Assembly: GCA_043228905.1 (NCBI GenBank)
Contig: JBHGNT010000003.1
Coordinates: 5,084,001 to 5,148,000, forward strand
Direction: 5' to 3'
From: Azolla caroliniana
Taxonomy: Eukaryota; Plantae; Polypodiophyta
DNA: 64,000 nt
Both the position numbers and the translations under genes were made by a program. Below are positions 22,476 through 35,625 of this stretch, piece by piece. A model generated the notes under the pieces. That model had not been told where the DNA came from and did no database searches. It saw nothing but the letters and a program-made list of their open reading frames with translations. Every line of letters begins with the position of its first letter. The first letter of the stretch is position 1.

Positions 22476-25400
22476 AATGTGTGTTTTCACCAAAGTGAGA
22501 GTTGTAACAAAGACAACAACTTACATTTACTAAATAGAAACGACATTGTACGACCGTTGTCGCGTTGTTACACACGTGCGTGTAGAAAGGGGGCGGGACC
22601 ACGGGGGTCTCGGACGAGGGAGCTCGAGAGACAAGAAAACCGACTTTGAACACGGCCCAGAGGCAGCCGAGCACGAGAGAGGGAGAGAGGAAAGAAAGCA
22701 TGCGCGCGCGGCACCGACTCTTATGCATAGGAAACAACGGGTTGTGCTCCCGACACCACCAAATACACCAATATGCACAAATAGTTATCAGTATGTATAT
22801 TACAAGGGAAAGAATACAACCTTGGCTTCGAGACGGACCAAGGTGGGGTATGTTACAACGGCAGTCTGCTGCCAAGCCGCCGATTGGGGAGCTCTCAGCC
22901 TCGTCGCGCCGAGCGGGGCCTTGCGCAGGAGGCCGGGCAGAAGCAAACCCCAAAACCGACATGAACTCTCCACCCACACGACGAAGAAGAAGAAGAAAAG
23001 AAGAAGAAAAGGGAACTACAAAGAAGAAACCCTAGAATGAAGCAAGAGTATGAGAAATTGCCTAACCCTAAACTAACGGTATACCCTCTAACACAAAAAT
23101 GAGCAACCCCATACAAGAGACCCCTCCCTTCCTTTTATAGCCCAAGGAGGGAGGAACGTTACAATGTGGGATCAATGCCCCCCGTTATTCTATACATCGT
23201 TTTCCTACTATACATGTGCACATGTTGCACACCACCGACTTGCCCTATTCCACCCCGGTTTCACACTATAGCCAGAAATCTTCACGACATCCGCCCCCAC
23301 CAAACCGTGTGTCCACCGGTACGTGCCAAGTCCGGAAAAGGGTGAGAGATTATGGCCACGGTGATCAACCAGGTCTTTTGCCTTAGCGGCACCCGTCTGT
23401 CTCGCCGGCTCGCTACCGGCCTTGATTCGTCGCCTCCATCTGATCCACCACGTCCGCTGCACGGACCTTCTTCTTCAACGGCCTTCTCGAACACCGTTGC
23501 TAATCCGGTCTCTCTTCCTTCGCCCATATTGTGCATGCCGCCCCTCGCGTACTGTGTGTCCTCTGTGTTCGAGGAACACCTTGTTGTAGTAGCCCGCTTG
23601 GCCACTTTCGTCTTGCGCTGCTGCTACCGGTTCGGAGCCTTCCGCTTGTCGTCATCCCCTTGCCCCCACCAGCTTGTTATCTCGGGTTTTGCATGCCACG
23701 CCAGTCGTTGCCACCCCGACTGAGCCGCCGAGATCTCCGAAGCGGGTGTCGAGGATCCTCCGGACTTCGATATTGCCTCCTATCTTCAACCGTGCAGCTT
23801 GTAACGCTCCCTCGTCCACATTCCCAACATCGTTGTGTGTCGTCTTTTGTTCCCTTGTTCGGTGCCACCCGCACTAAACCCCACTCGCCGGTCCAATACC
23901 TCCTTGCCGCTCTGCCTTCGCCAACCGATCACGTTCTCCTGTCGCCACCGTCCTTTCCTTTAGGGCTCACGCAAGCACTCGGGCCGACCACCGGATCAGT
24001 GTGAGGATCTCCATGGGACCTCCCCCTTTGCCGCCTCGGCTGCCCGCCTTGCCGCCATCACCGTTCTTCCCTCTTGGTCTCACGCCGGCTCTCGGGCCGA
24101 CCGTCAGAGTGTCTTAGAACCGGTGTGTGTAAGGTCGCGGCAGCACCGCTTACCGTTTTCCTCTCGCCGTAGTCCCAACCTTCTCGTCGGCCTCTTTTGC
24201 TAGTCACATTCACCTGCCGCCACCGATGTCTCCTATAGGACTCACGCTGGCACTCAGGCTGACCGCCGGATTGGTGTGAGGATCTCCGCAAACCGCCCCT
24301 CGCCACCACCGTTCATCACTCTAGGTCTCACGTCGGCTCTAGGGCCGACCATTGGAGTCTCTTGAACCGGTGTGAAGGATCCTACTCAGGCTCGTTGTAT
24401 ATCGGACCCTTATCCCGGGTTGTTTTTCTCCGCAAGTCGAGAGTGTGGCTTGTTCCACACCCTCCCTTGTGGTACTGTCGTACCGTGTTCCCGGCCTCTT
24501 TCTAGGACTGCCTCTTCCTCCCTTCCAGATCGGTTATCCGAAAGTCCGCCCCGCCCGGTTCTCGTCCGGGTCCGACCGTCACTCCACATTGCCGGGGCCC
24601 ATTCTCTTGTAGCCACCATCAGTATCTTAGTCTTACGTCGGATCCGATACCTGCATTACGAATGGTCACCCTGTTGACCGGTTGCAGGTCCTGGATGAAG
24701 CACAATGTGTCTTCTTCTTTGGCACGGTAAACCACCGATTCGAATATGGGGCGTTCGACGGTTCAAGGATGCCCATCTCCACCTTCTGCTTCAGTGGCTC
24801 CATCAACTTCGGGATGTGAGCTCTGGGTACCGGAATCAGCTTGAGATTCCACGGCACATGCGGCACCGTGAATATCACCATCGGCTCCACGATCGTCGGG
24901 TCTACGCACCCGATCTCCTCCGGCCAGAATGCGAAGGCTCTCATGTGCCTTCCGAGCATCCTCCGAAACCGGTCCTCCTTCGCTGGCAATAGAAACCCAC
25001 CCCCACCAACCTTGAGCTCCCGTAGCGTTATGTCGGTGAATCAGTGCCCTATGCCGACCGGTTGACATAAACTTGGGTCCGACGTGACCCCCTTTATCCG
25101 CTCTCCGCTACCCTCCGGCAAGGGTGCCGCGATTGGCCTCACCTTCCGGTCCACAGTCTTGTACTTGGTATCCACGCGGTTCGTCCGACCGAACCCAACC
25201 TTTTCCCCGAAGTCAACGATGACTTCGTACATCTCCACTAAACTAACCGGAACTGCCCAATCTTCACTAAGGCCTCCTTCGACAACCTCACGTAATTCCC
25301 CCAAGGTGTCATCGAAGGAGACCGCCTCCACGGTACTGCCAATCTCTTCGTCGGGGCCGAGGACCCCGAGCGCCCTGAGTCTCTCTTCCGCCTTCTTCTT

Positions 25401-27052
25401 TTCCTGACCACTGATGTCGGCTATGGTACAACCTCCATTATCGGAGGACCAAAATTTTCTACCTATGGTACACGTGTGGGGTTCTTCTGGGGTGTCCGGA
25501 CTATCGCGGACCCACGCCTTGATAGCCCTCTCTAAAAATCCCCTCGGCTCTGGCCGCCGAGGATCTGACGATTACGCTCATGGTTCGGCCTCACCGTCAA
25601 AAACTGAACGGAGCGATGTCCGTCCTGGCTCTTTACGCGCGCGTACGCTAATCCGTTGTTAAGCACCTTCGTTTCCATCCGTGCCGTTGTATGGCTCACC
25701 GAGTATCACCGGGTGTGAGGAGGTTTCCTGCACAAAGAAGTGTTGATCTATCTCAACGTCACCGATCTTTACACATACATTCGGGCACGCACCATGCAGC
25801 TCCTTCGTAGCGTGTGTCACCGCGCGAATCTTCCACCCGTGCTTGGTGTTGATCGGCCAATTCCCCTTTTTGTAGAAGTCCATGGACATCAGGTTGATCT
25901 CCGAGCCGTGGTCTACCAATGCCACCACCGGCTCCTGCACGTCACCAACCCGGACAAGGGTCTCCGTAGTGGCCCTGGCCCAATGCGGCTTCGCGTAGTA
26001 GTTGTCCGTCAACTCATCCTCTAGGGTCGTGTCTTCTAGGTGCGTCGTCCGCACCTCCACAGGCTTCTCCAGCTCCGGCTCCATCGAGAGCTGCTTCCGC
26101 TTCACCAAGTCCACAATGGAGTCGTGGAATTCCTTCTTGGCAATTCCGAGCACCTCCCTCAGCAACAGCTCCACCTTGCTGTCGAGAAACCGCTCCTCGA
26201 GGACCTTCCGCAGGTCCGTTGATCTCTTGATCTTCGTGCTCAGCCAGTACCCGGCCCTTTTTGTTTTATCGGGCACCTCGATGTTGCCAGCATCGTTCTG
26301 CTTTGGTCCGAACTGGGTCTCGTACCATTGTGAGGGATCGGGGCCCCCAGCCCTTCCCACGCGCTTGTCTTCTACCAGAACCTCGTAGTTCTGGAATGCG
26401 GCTTCCACGAAGCCTGTCTTTTCTTCAACCGGATCGTCCCATCCAATGACCTCCCGGATACGTTGTTCCGCGCGGTTCGCCTCCTCCTTCCTTAGCCGTA
26501 CCCCGGAGAGGCCTTCCAGCACCAGCGGCCAGAATCTGAAGTCTTTCGCCTTCCGGCCCTCGTCGCCCCCGACCTAGATACCGGCCGACGCGGAGTAGTG
26601 GACGACCTTTGCATGTCGCGCCGCGGCTTCTTCCATGAAGCGCTTCATCCCGTCACGCCCAGTGTTCAACTCTATGGCTTTCCACGTGTCGTCGACATGC
26701 ACCCGCCCATTCTAGAGGTACACCACGTTGGCCTGGAGTGCCTCTACGAAATCCGCGCATTCTTTCTAGATGTGACCGACCACGTCACACAACATGCATC
26801 GTTGCCCTTTCAACGGCCTCCGGTCACGAGGTTGATCGTCGTTGTCCCTCCGTGCTTGTGCGATCTGGAGGTCGCACACCATTTGCATCAGCTCACCCGC
26901 TCCTCCAGAAGAGGCTTGGACCACTCCGCTCGAGACTGGGCTCGTCTCGAGCCAATTCCGAGTCTCTTCCTTCCTAGCCGGCACCGATACCGGCTCCTCA
27001 AGCTTCCTCGCCGGGACCGGCCCCGACGTCGTCGAGCCCTCATCGCTCCAAT

Positions 27053-27073
27053 CCCTAAACCCTAAACCCTAAA
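27053..27073 (+). repeat. (CCCTAAA)3 plant telomeric repeat inside gag
   Basis: ccctaaaccctaaaccctaaa; it creates the stop that ends ORF 27069..27653. Confidence 0.85.
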
Positions 27074-27670
27074 CCCCTTTGACCACGGCCCAATCGGCCG
27101 TGAGGCCGTCATCCGTCTCCAATAGGAGAGCCACCTTCTCCCGATCCAGCGTGTGCACCGACTTGACGAACAGCAAGACCCTGCTCATATCGAGCACGGT
27201 CCGATATAGCGTCGACAGCCTAGCGAATCGTTGTTCGAATTCCTGGAGGAGTACTAACGCGTTCCTCCCCTTTCCAGGGCTCTCAACCCAAGCCATGAAG
27301 TTCCGCTTCAACAGCCGAAGCGAATCGCCGTACCCGTACTTCTCGAGGAGCCACCCCTCGAGCTCCACCCAAGCATGGGATCCGGCCAGCACCTCGAGCA
27401 CCTCCGCGTGGATGCTCGGCGTCACCACTCGAGGGAATCCGGACAGCCGTCTGTCCTCCAAGATGTCCCTCATGATCATTTCGGCCCGATAGGCCTCCAA
27501 ATAGCTCGTGGCATTCTTCCCACCGAATCGGCCTATGGTGCCGACAATCGATTCTACGGCCCTATCAAGGGCACCCATTCCCTCATGAGCACTCACTAGC
27601 CGGTCGACGGCTAATGCCATAGCTTCAGCAAGCTCATATCCCCTCATCTTCAACTCCTTTGCCGCCTTCT

Positions 27671-27688
27671 TTCACATCGGGTTCACCA
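27671..27688 (-). promoter_or_regulatory. Primer binding site complementary to the 3' end of tRNA-Trp
   Basis: The plus strand reads ttcacatcgggttcacca, one transition from the plant tRNA-Trp 3' end TTCACGTCGGGTTCACCA as recalled from memory. Confidence 0.8.
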
Positions 27689-29076
27689 AAGATGTCGCGT
27701 TGTTACGCGCGTGCGTGTAGAAAGGGGGCAGGACTACAGGGGTCTCAGACGAGGGAGCTCGAGAGACAAGAAAACCGACTCCAAACACGGCCCGGAGGCA
27801 GCCAAACACGAGAGAGGGAGAGAGGAAAGAAAGCATGCGTGCGCGGCACCAACTCTTATGCATAGGAAACAACGGGTTGTGCTCCCGACACCACCAAATA
27901 CACCAATATGCACAAATAGTTATCAGTATGTATATTACAAGGGAAAGAATACAACCCCGGCTTCGAGCCGAACCAAGGTGGGGTATGTTACAACGGCAGT
28001 CTGCTGCCAAGCCGCCGATTGGGAAGCTCTCGGGCCCATCGCGCCGAGCGGGGTCTTGCACAGGAGGTCGGGCAGAAGCAAACCCCAAAACCGACACGAA
28101 CTCTCCACCCACACCACGAAGAAGAAGAAGAAAAGAAGAAGAAAAGGGAACTACCAAGAAGAAACCCTAGAACGAAGCAAGAGTATGAGAAACTGCTTAA
28201 CCCTAAACTAACGGTATACCCTCTAACACAAAAATGAGCAACCCCATACAAGAGACCCCTCCCTTCCTTTTATAGCCCAAGGAGGGAGGAACGTTACAAT
28301 GTGGGACCAATGCCCCCCCTTATTCTATATACCGTTTTCCTACTATACATGTGCACATGTTGCACACCACCGACTTGCCCTATTCCACCCCGGTTTCACA
28401 CTATAGCCGGAAATCTTCACGACACTGTTGTATGTAGGGGAAATGGAATCATAAAACAACTTCTCTTGTGTGCTTAAATGGAATCATAAAATAAATTATC
28501 ATGACGAAGATAAATCAGGGAAAATCTATATTATCCACTATATTGAATACAAAAAATATAATTTACTAATTATACAAAAGGACTTTACACATGCTCCCCA
28601 AAGTCAGTTAATTGTCATTAAAAAATGTCCCAAGTTGTGTGCTCTAAATGATTTGATGTTATACATATGCACTCACACACACACACATATTCTCTAATGA
28701 TCAGTCTGGCATGATGGAGATCAACGTATCCCCTTATCATCATGTCAATTGTGGATGTTGTATCACCACTAGTTTACACAATCTATCAAGTTTTGTTGGT
28801 ATATAAAAGCATCTCCTTCATGGTCACCAAGTGTTGTTCACTCCTAGATTTTAACATAAGTAATGTCAATTTTGGTAGTTTTAGCCCCTACCATGTACAC
28901 CAATCATAGAGAATAGTTCATACTATCCATAATTGCTCAAGTATAGAAAACATCAAACTTTAGTTCAAGGATGTCCTTGTACATGTACTTTACACCAATA
29001 AGCCACAATAGTTCATACTATCCATAATCCCTCAAGTATAGAACACATCATACTTTAGTTCTAGGATGACCTTGTA

Positions 29077-29499
29077 TGTTAGAGATCATTCCTAGTGTAA
29101 GCATAAGACAAGGAAAGAAAAGGTGTGGATCCACCCGACCACCCTCGAGCAAAGGGATCCAGATGGACTGGAGGCTTGATCGGCGTCCCATACCACTATC
29201 ATGGCATTGAGTCGTACCTGGTACTAGCGCGCTCACAACAAGATTATGTTCACCACAAGATCACAGTTTCGACGTAGTCAATTGATGTGTCTAATGAGGG
29301 TAGCTAGGGCTCATATTTATAACCAAACCTAAGGCCCCCATGCAAGTTCACACTTGGCCCGTATGGGTTGTCTTAATTCCTAGGATTAAAAGTAATCCTC
29401 CCCTCTTTACACTATCGATTAACCCTCACACTTTATCCTCGTGTGTAGAATACTACGGTAGAACTTACCACAGGATAAATTATAATCATGCCCATAACA
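29077..29499 (-). mobile_element. Solo LTR with a perfect 5-bp TSD
   Basis: tgtta...taaca ends, TTGTA on both sides, minus-strand TATA at about 29315. Confidence 0.78.
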
Positions 29500-31744
29500 T
29501 TGTAGCGAGAAAAACAACATCACTTAGTAGGAGAGCAAGGAGAACATTACCGACTACACTTTGAATGTGTTGTTGTGCACACAGAGATGATAGTAGAGAC
29601 AAGATATAAGCAAATAGTGCAACAATGAGTTAGTTAACTTTCTCCCTCACCTATAATTTAAGGAGTTCATATACAATTACACAAAAGGAGAAGTACAATA
29701 GAGTGGCTAGCTTTACTTCTTACATAGTCTAATTATGTCTTATTTGTTGGACCTCCTAAATGGGGCCCCTTTCCAAATCTTAGGATTTAATATTCAAAAT
29801 AAAGTAGCTTATGTATCTATAGCCTATTTTACAAGAATGACCTCAAACAAATTTACAAGTCACCAACACATGGCAACATTAGGAGAGAACAAGTTGTTCT
29901 AAACAACTTTGTGAAGTTTGTTGAAATATTTCACCTTGAATTTGGTGGATATTATTGGAATCATTCCTCTTTTAAAGTGAGTTTTCCACTTTTGACAATC
30001 AAAATCCAATGTTTAAAAAGTAGTGTTTGCTCTTTGAGTAACACTTCCTAGGTGCCAATTTGAGACTATACAATGGCTTCTTCACTAGTCAAATATGCAC
30101 TATTTTGTGCTACTGCCTCTTGAATAGCTCCCTCATGATAGCCAAGCTAGTAGGGTATGAAGATTAGAATTGCTAGATAATGTAGTGTATCTCAAGAAAC
30201 AACCTATGTTGTTCTCAAGTAGCATGGCTACGCAAGAAGAATGTTGCTACATGAGCAATCAATACTAATCGAGAGTGCACCACTTGATCCATGAAAGAGT
30301 GTAGAGCCTAGGTGGCCAAGACCAACAATGAAACCTAGCCTTGGCCTTGCCAACCCTACCCCACTTTCACACTACCCTCACTTCCCCCTTCCTCTCGTGT
30401 CAACACAAAAACACACAAGCCCCCCCTTGTATGTACAATGTCCCTATCGAGCTACAAAAAATAACAACAACTACTATTCAAGACTCTCATGGTCCCACAA
30501 TTCTAGTAGGAACATATATTCAAACACAATGTGCACATTGAGAAACAACACAACCACATGTTCTCTTGCATGTATAACTTCCATCACATGCTAGAAAAAA
30601 ACAAAACCACCACTTCAAACCATCCTCCATCTTTGAAGACCCACACGATTCTACACAAACTTCCGCACTCTTCTCGTGGATTTTCATGACAATGTGTATT
30701 CATGCACAATGTGAACAGTTGAGCTTGTTATTTCAACTTCATCATCCAATCCACCAACTTGTCTTTCATATTCAATATCATTTGTTCCTCTCTCCTCTAC
30801 TAATTTGCACATTTTCACACCACCTCGTCCATTTCACGTGTGTGACAACAATAGAAGAGAAAAAGGTGGTTGTAATTATAGCCAAGGAAGCAACAACCTA
30901 TGTGTTGGAAGTTTAACCCTTCTTGGCCTTTGCGAACTTCTTCGGCAATTCATCTAGAACTACTTGATGTTCATGACATTGTTAACTACCCTTACACACA
31001 AAAATTGCTCCTTTCATTGTCGCTATGAAATCTAGCATTTCAGACCCCCTTACATACATGGTTTGCCTTCATGAACTTTTTGACATAATTTCTAATTGTG
31101 ACCCATAGTTCATCTTATGTTTCTAGACATGCATATTTGGTCTCCTCAAAACCTTGTTGAAGTTGTTGAGGATGGAATTGATGATAAACTCAAGTTCAAG
31201 GTGCCTCCCTCAATGGAATTTAAGGACACAGATATATATGAAGTCGAAGATGTCCTGTCATACCATTCTTGTCTCTTATCTTGACTTATGTTTTGTCTAT
31301 GTTCCTCATTGCCCCCGATTTGGCTCATTCAATAATTCAGTCTCATTTTTTTCTCATCCTCTGATCCACTCTCATCCCCTCATCAAAGTTCTCAAGTGAT
31401 GTTATGAATATGCGATAATCGAGGTTAGATTTATTAAAGTACTAAGGATGGTGTGGCAAGATGCTAAAACGTCAAAATGGGAATATTACATTCAAAAAGT
31501 TAACCCTCAATGTTGGCCCAAATACAAGGTTAAAATGTCATTTAACATCTCCAATCATCTATTACTCACTCACACAATTTAAAAACGACGTCGAAGTGCC
31601 AAGGTGTTAAAATGCCAAAATTGGAATATTACATTCTAAATGTTAACCCCCATTGTTGGCCCCAATACAAGGTATGATGCCAATCAAGTATTGTTGGCTT
31701 CCATGTGGTACATTTTGTCGGCTTGGTTGTGTACACGTTCGGGT

Positions 31745-34200
31745 TTATCACAAGTTGACTTATTAGAAATTTCCTTTGGGGATCTAAAGATGGTTCATAT
31801 GTGAGAGCCAAAGTATCTTGGAAAGTCATTACAACTCCAAAGGACGAGGGGGGTCTGGGATTGATTGATCCTCTATTACAATTTAAGGCTTTTTTGGGAA
31901 AATTTATTATAAGAGGTTGGTTGCCAAATGGGGAGCCATGGAAAAAAATCTTAAGTCACATAATGGTTAAGGTTATGCCTTCTACATGTGGCAACTGGAA
32001 AGATAGTATTAGATGGTGGTTTTTAAGAGATTTTAATCATTCCCTTGATACTTTTCACCAAGATAAGTTTTTTCGGGGTATCATGAAAGCATGGTGGGAT
32101 TTGAAACATAACTTGGTCCAATCTCTACCATCATGTATGGAGGAATGGTTGCGCCAACCCCTCATAATGAACCCATTGTTTCTATCAAAGGCGGGGGGAA
32201 TGTTAGGGAAAAGAACTAGGTTGAAATGGTTTGATTTTGATAGAGAAGAAGCTAGATCAGTAAGGAATTGGTTGTATTTTTCTTCTTCAACGATGGAAAA
32301 CAAAACCCAGCTCTGTGGCACAATTTGGGGTGGAAACATTATGTATGCAGAAATCGATAGAGTGTTTAATATGTATTCCTTTCAGCCTTCTCAAAGTGGT
32401 CTATTTTGGTATGGTATGTCTTGTTGGGGGTCAAGGGTTATAAAAACTCTCGTGGTTCTTTATTTCGATGTTTTATGTTTTGCACGGCTTCATTCTATCG
32501 TTATGGAATACGAAGTTGTATCTCAAGGGAGTATGTTGCATGTTTGTATATTGTGGGAAAACAGTAAAAAAGGGATGTTGAATCCACACCCAAATGATAT
32601 AAACAATTTATCTGAATTGTGGGTTTACGAGAATAAGCCCATTGACAAACTTTTGTGGGATCCCAATGAATGGAAATGGCAAAGCATATCAACACAAGGA
32701 ATGCTAGGCAAGCAAATCCCATTTTTTTAGTACTCGGTAAAAATTGGTAGAGAATTGCTAACGAGACGTGTGGCTGTTACGCCAACAACATGTAAATTTT
32801 GGAGCTTGGATAATGTACGACACTCTTGGTTGAATGCTTATTGGAAATTGTTGTTGGCCATGCAATTTCCTAGAAAAGTTGTCTTGTTTAGATGGTTGTT
32901 GGTACATTATCGCACCCCTGTGAAGTCATGGATGAAGGGGCATTGCCATGATTTAAAATGTGACAATTGTGGTTTTCCCAGTGAAACGGTGCACGATATG
33001 TTTTATGGGTATGTCCTATAGCTAGAACAGTATGGAAAAGAATGTTGAGAATTTTGTATCCTATTTATGGTAAACAGGTGTACACATGGGGTTTTGGGAG
33101 ATGGGGAAGCTTGGCTAAAGAAATACACAATTATGAAAGGGACTATGTTGATTTTCTTCTCCTCTCTTATGGAAGACATGTATTGGAGGCCTCTTATTCT
33201 ACACCAATCCATTGTTTGGAAGTAGACAATGTTTGGTCTACAATATCTTCTTTAGTAGTTTGGATATTATGGAAGGCAAGATGTAAGTGTGTATTTCAGA
33301 ATGTCAAACCGAATGCGGTTGAGTTATTCAAGGAGATGTGGTTGATACTCCTGCATACTCTAAGAGGTCAATATGAGGCAATACATGGTGAGCCTAATGT
33401 TGTCTTTCTCAAGCAACATCAATTTTGAGAAATTTGGAAAAAGACAGAGGTCTTCACCTATTTTGGGGACAGAATAAAATGGAGATATATGTGAGATACT
33501 TGTTATATCGCATAGGCTAATGCATGATCAACGAATCGCATGCTTACATGAATGCCAAGTGGTGATCATGCATGGATATGAGGTAGCAAGCATTCATGGG
33601 TCCAACCATGCTATATAAGCATGCGCTTTAGTCTTTGATGCATTAATGAACCATCCCAATTCAATGCTAGCCTTCGATGTATTCTTGTATTCTTGTAATC
33701 TTGTTCTTCTTATTAGTATGATTTCATTCTTCTCTAGTTTCATTCTTCTTTTCTTATTCTCTTTTATCATTTTATCTTGTTCTCGGCTACAACCCTTAAA
33801 CAACCTTATCAATTTTGTTAGTGCTAGAACAATGTAACAACAAATGCTGAATATTTTGATTGGTAATTTGGTAGGAGTGCAAGGAAGTGTTCTCTTATAA
33901 CGTAATGATAAGCACACTCAATTCTACTCAAGTGTATATATGACCATGGAATCATGTTAAAGATTTGTATATGATCTATAATGTTACAATACACATATTT
34001 TCATCATAACTACCTCAACATGAGTCTAATGCTCCACCAAAATGGCATTTTCCACCCCCCGTCTTGAAAGGACCATGCATGAGGGTTTCCGCTACTAGAC
34101 ATGTTGATTCATGGGTTGTAATTTATTGTATGGATCCTTTGTAGCCTTTGGGCATCTTTTCATTAATACCACGGTGAATCTTGACTTTAAAAATAAAAAA
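31745..34200 (+). mobile_element. 5'-truncated L1-like LINE (second family), ORF2 C-terminal half
   Basis: KVSWKVITTPKDEGGLGLID, CDNCG..ETVH zf-RVT-like motif, WILWKARC, A-rich end at about 34188-34200. Confidence 0.82.
33490..34028 (+). mobile_element. Unclassified ~0.54-kb LTR-like insertion in the LINE
   Basis: Absent from the homologous fragment at 22350-22365. It has tg...caaca ends and a TATA at about 33612, but no clean TSD. Confidence 0.4.
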
Positions 34201-35230
34201 TACAAGGTATGATGCTTACTTGCACAAGCTAAAAATGCCTTGGATCTTGGAGCATCTTAATACTTCTCAAAGCGCACTCACACAAGGCAGGAGTTGAGGT
34301 AACATATGACATCATCACTTTAATATAAAGATATGGAAGGATAAAACCTAGTGGAGGATGAATATCACTTGTCATGTGGTTAGTTTATAAGGTAGTCCGA
34401 GAGAAGTATATTGGCTTGTTGGATGGACATGATAATTTAAGTGTCATACTTAAATCCCTACTAAGAAAGGTAAGCACATGTGTGCATGCATTATTTTTAT
34501 GTTGAGAGTTTACTACAAATGATATGATTATTTGGTTCTATTAATCAATATTGGCCTCTTCTTGAATGATAAAATTTTATTCTATTATATTTTATGCAAC
34601 CATCTGGCCATATACGCATCCGCCTAGTAAGTTTCTCAATCATCTTTCTAATACTTATGATATCTAGATGTTGTACGTCTTATTATTTTCTACCCAAGCC
34701 CCAACTTTGTGAAGAATTTTGCATAACTTCCATTGATTGATGATTTCCCTCTAATTGTACTTTATCATCCAAAATGAGCTATAGTATACATCAATATTGG
34801 AACTCTACATGTTCAATTTACCCATGGAACACGAAATTCTTAACAATTGTAATGCAACTTTGGTTGTGCCATGTGATCTACATCAATTCAACTCAAATAA
34901 CCAAGATTTCTTGTTTTAAGGCAATGGCTTTTCATTAACAAGAACAAAGTGGATCACCTTACATGCTCTTGGAGTTTTTGGCTCCATAGGTGTCAAAGTT
35001 TTCATTGTTGTTTGTGTCATACATGTCGTTAATCGGGATTTGTTTGGCTTTGAGAAGGGTCGTGCTTCGCCTTGCTTGGTCCCTTCCTAGAGATGTTTCC
35101 AGAATCATTGTTGTATTTGCAAAACCTCTTCAATCCATACTATGTGTTGGTGTTATCAATCTCATGACCATAAACCGTGGTTGTCACCATGCCTTGCTCC
35201 CAAAAGTAACCACCATCCACTTGATCCATC

Positions 35231-35625
35231 TAGTTTCAATTCGGTTCAATTTGGTTTCTTTGCTTCAAAACAGAACCATTTATATAAAACAAAAACCAAA
35301 CCAAGCCATTTAGGAACTCTCAAGCTATCTAAACCAACACATTTAAGAAAAGGTAAACCAATAAGCATTTAAGTTAATTAATTAAATCAATAAAAAAATT
35401 AATTAAACCATTAAATTAATAACCATTTAGGGGGGGGGGGGGAGTTCGCCAAAAACCCATAAACCTTTAAACCAAACCACTCAAACCTATAAACTGATAA
35501 ACTTGAGTTTTAGAACCAAACCATTTATTTATCATCCAAACGAAACGAAACCATTATATTTTTTTTGGAACCGATAAATCATTGAACCATGGATTAACAG
35601 TTCGGTTCAATTTGAGTTGAAACTG
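35231..35625. mobile_element. Old hAT-type MITE
   Basis: TIRs tagtttcaattc / gagttgaaactg, many aacc(g/a) subterminal repeats, flanks gatccatc/ggcccatt differing by three transitions. Confidence 0.6.

Larger units (their letters stand above)
22558..28424 (-). mobile_element. Complete non-autonomous Ty3/gypsy element (Phygy-like, tentative): two 732-bp LTRs, tRNA-Trp PBS, gag-PR-partial RT, no RH/INT
   Basis: LTRs 22558-23289 and 27693-28424, TSD CCGT/CTGT, PBS tggtgaacccgatgtgaa, PPT ggtgggggcgga. gag about 27653-26600, protease VDHGSEIN, RT start PYSNRWFTVPKK truncated near 24670. Confidence 0.93.

Noticed and set aside
22438-23116. 100-180-aa ORFs within the LTRs (also 11789-12432 and 27672-28251)
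   Set aside because: GC-rich LTR sequence is open in several frames on both strands, and no domain is present.
29560-31400. Decayed gag/LTR remnant on the minus strand
   Set aside because: Too degenerate to give boundaries or motifs with confidence.
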